Assembly (NCBI GenBank): GCA_951406725.2
Contig: OX597818.1
Span: 93,868,001-93,932,000 of the forward strand
Reading direction: 5' to 3'
Source: Octopus vulgaris
Taxonomy: Eukaryota
DNA: 64,000 nucleotides
Part shown: piece by piece, positions 62,560 to 64,000 of the stretch
Layout of the letters: each line of letters starts with the position of its first letter
How positions within the stretch are numbered: position 1 is the stretch's first letter
Position numbers and translations under genes: made by a program
The notes under the pieces: model-generated
What the model was told of the DNA's origin: nothing
Database searches by the model: none
Seen by the model: only the letters and a program-made list of their open reading frames with translations

Positions 62560-63930
62560 AAAACTTTGGTGTTTCCTCTTCCTTTGCCGCTTGTAGGATG
62601 ACGAGCTTTCCTTCTACAAGAAACAACATTAATTCCCCATCATATTTCCATAACTGAGATGTGTTGGTAGATGCACTCACCATGCTCGTCACTCACAGCC
62701 CCAAGGTTAGCCGGGAAGAAGTCAAGTGGAGAATGTAAAAAATATATTTTCAAAGACATTTTGCATCCCATTTTTCAAGCATGTTTTCTATGAGTTCACG
62801 ATGGCTTTCAGTTTTGTGGTTTCCAAGAAAAATTTTGACAGCTCCAATAGAAGATGATCATGTTCCTAGTTCATTTTCATTTAGATTCGAGGGAAACAAT
62901 TGGATGTGGATAACACTGCGGATCTGTGGTCCAGTAAAAACTCCAACTTCTAGCTTAACATCTGTCAATATTCTTTAAACATTGGAAATCACTACCTTAT
63001 GAGCCATAACCATCACGAAATTTTTCATAAGGCTAAGTTTAATGTGAAGTAGTGGAATATGTACTTTCTGAGGTGTCAACAAGTGCTGGGTGTTTCATAT
63101 TTTGTTTACCAACATCATGTTCCATTCTAGATGACTAATTACGTTCTTTGTAGTGGTACATGTCATCTCTGCTGTTCCATACACACAAAAAGCACACATG
63201 CTTTGTGTCGCTGAATTGTAAACCAAGAATTAATGAAAGAACTTTCAAATCACCACAAATATTACATACATATTTCGTCCTTATATTCGATGAATCTTAG
63301 CAGTAGTTCTATTGATTCATAAGTTTCATTAATACCAGTGGCATATGCCACAGGTATTGAAGGTTTCTTCATTGTTGCTGTGCAGTAATACAGCTTTAAT
63401 GATAGCTTTGCTAGAGTCAGTGAACAGTCTCCATTCTTTTGGATCATAGCAAAAGCCAATCTTTCCCTCCAGGCCAATGACATCGTGGAAGATACAAATA
63501 TTTTCCTTCTGTGAGTAAAATGATGAAATGGTGACGGCGTAAATGCGAAAGTTTGGTGTTTGGTTGGAGAAAATTTTATTTTTGAAGTCTGGAACCGAGC
63601 AAGTCTGTTTTTTCTTTTGGTAATTCCAAATCGCTCACTAAGTCATTTAACATCTATTTATCTTAACATATGTGGTGAACTAATTGCATCTGGAACATAC
63701 ACACCATCTTTGCCTATTTCTATATCACGAGCAGAATCTTCAGATGAACTGCTGTCTTCCACAACCGCTCAACTGGAGTGTCATATAGCGACTGACAGTT
63801 GGGCCGTTACTATGATCTTGACTTAGTGTTGCCTTCTCCGGATAATTTTTATTAACCAAACTCGTTAGATTTTGTATATAGTTGGTAAACAAAAATTGCT
63901 TTAACCTTGAAAAGCATGTTTCATATAATT
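62560..63930 (-). mobile_element. Decayed DNA transposase, Chapaev3-like
   Basis: Minus-strand remnants GCKMSLKIYFLHSPLDFFPANLGAVSDEHGE, PLHIKL..MKNFV, CGDLKV and SIPVAYA. The family assignment is from memory of these motifs. Confidence 0.7.
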
Positions 63931-64000
63931 GGTACTAAGATGATAAAAACCAAAATTTATTTGTGGTAGGGATCATGGTTTTGACGATAATCTGGCAGCA

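Larger units (their letters stand above)
58188..63969 (+). repeat. Segmental duplication unit 2
   Basis: Collinear with 49588-54183, plus an extra (TAC)n tract, (GA)n tract and a SINE. Confidence 0.9.

Overview
AT-rich, microsatellite-dense eukaryotic DNA. Its repeat content (tRNA-SINEs with central microsatellites, RTE tails ending in (GAT)n, Penelope pLTRs) resembles an Octopus/cephalopod genome; this is my recollection, not a search result. One clear conserved gene is present: a LITAF/SIMPLE-family gene with three coding exons (22249-22423, 38768-38984, 42847-42958; about 167 aa). At the 3' end a tandem segmental duplication carries two intronless orphan ORFs (468 and 600 aa) and a decayed Chapaev-like transposase. 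The rest is transposon debris: Penelope-like (PLE), RTE and R4-like LINE fragments, mariner, Tc1, rosa-like and Merlin DNA transposons, non-autonomous Helitrons and SINEs. The most interesting signals are: (1) hammerhead-ribozyme motifs, one of them in a PLE whose ORF runs into a tRNA-like Pol III promoter; (2) several long foldback palindromes next to (TA)n tracts, some with hammerhead-like cores; (3) a four-level nested insertion inside a dead duplicate of LITAF exon 1; (4) an inverted templated duplication bracketing LITAF exon 1; (5) the duplicated orphan genes with a conserved CRE site. Most short ORFs in the track are microsatellite artefacts. Coordinates were read by eye and element boundaries may be off by a few bases.
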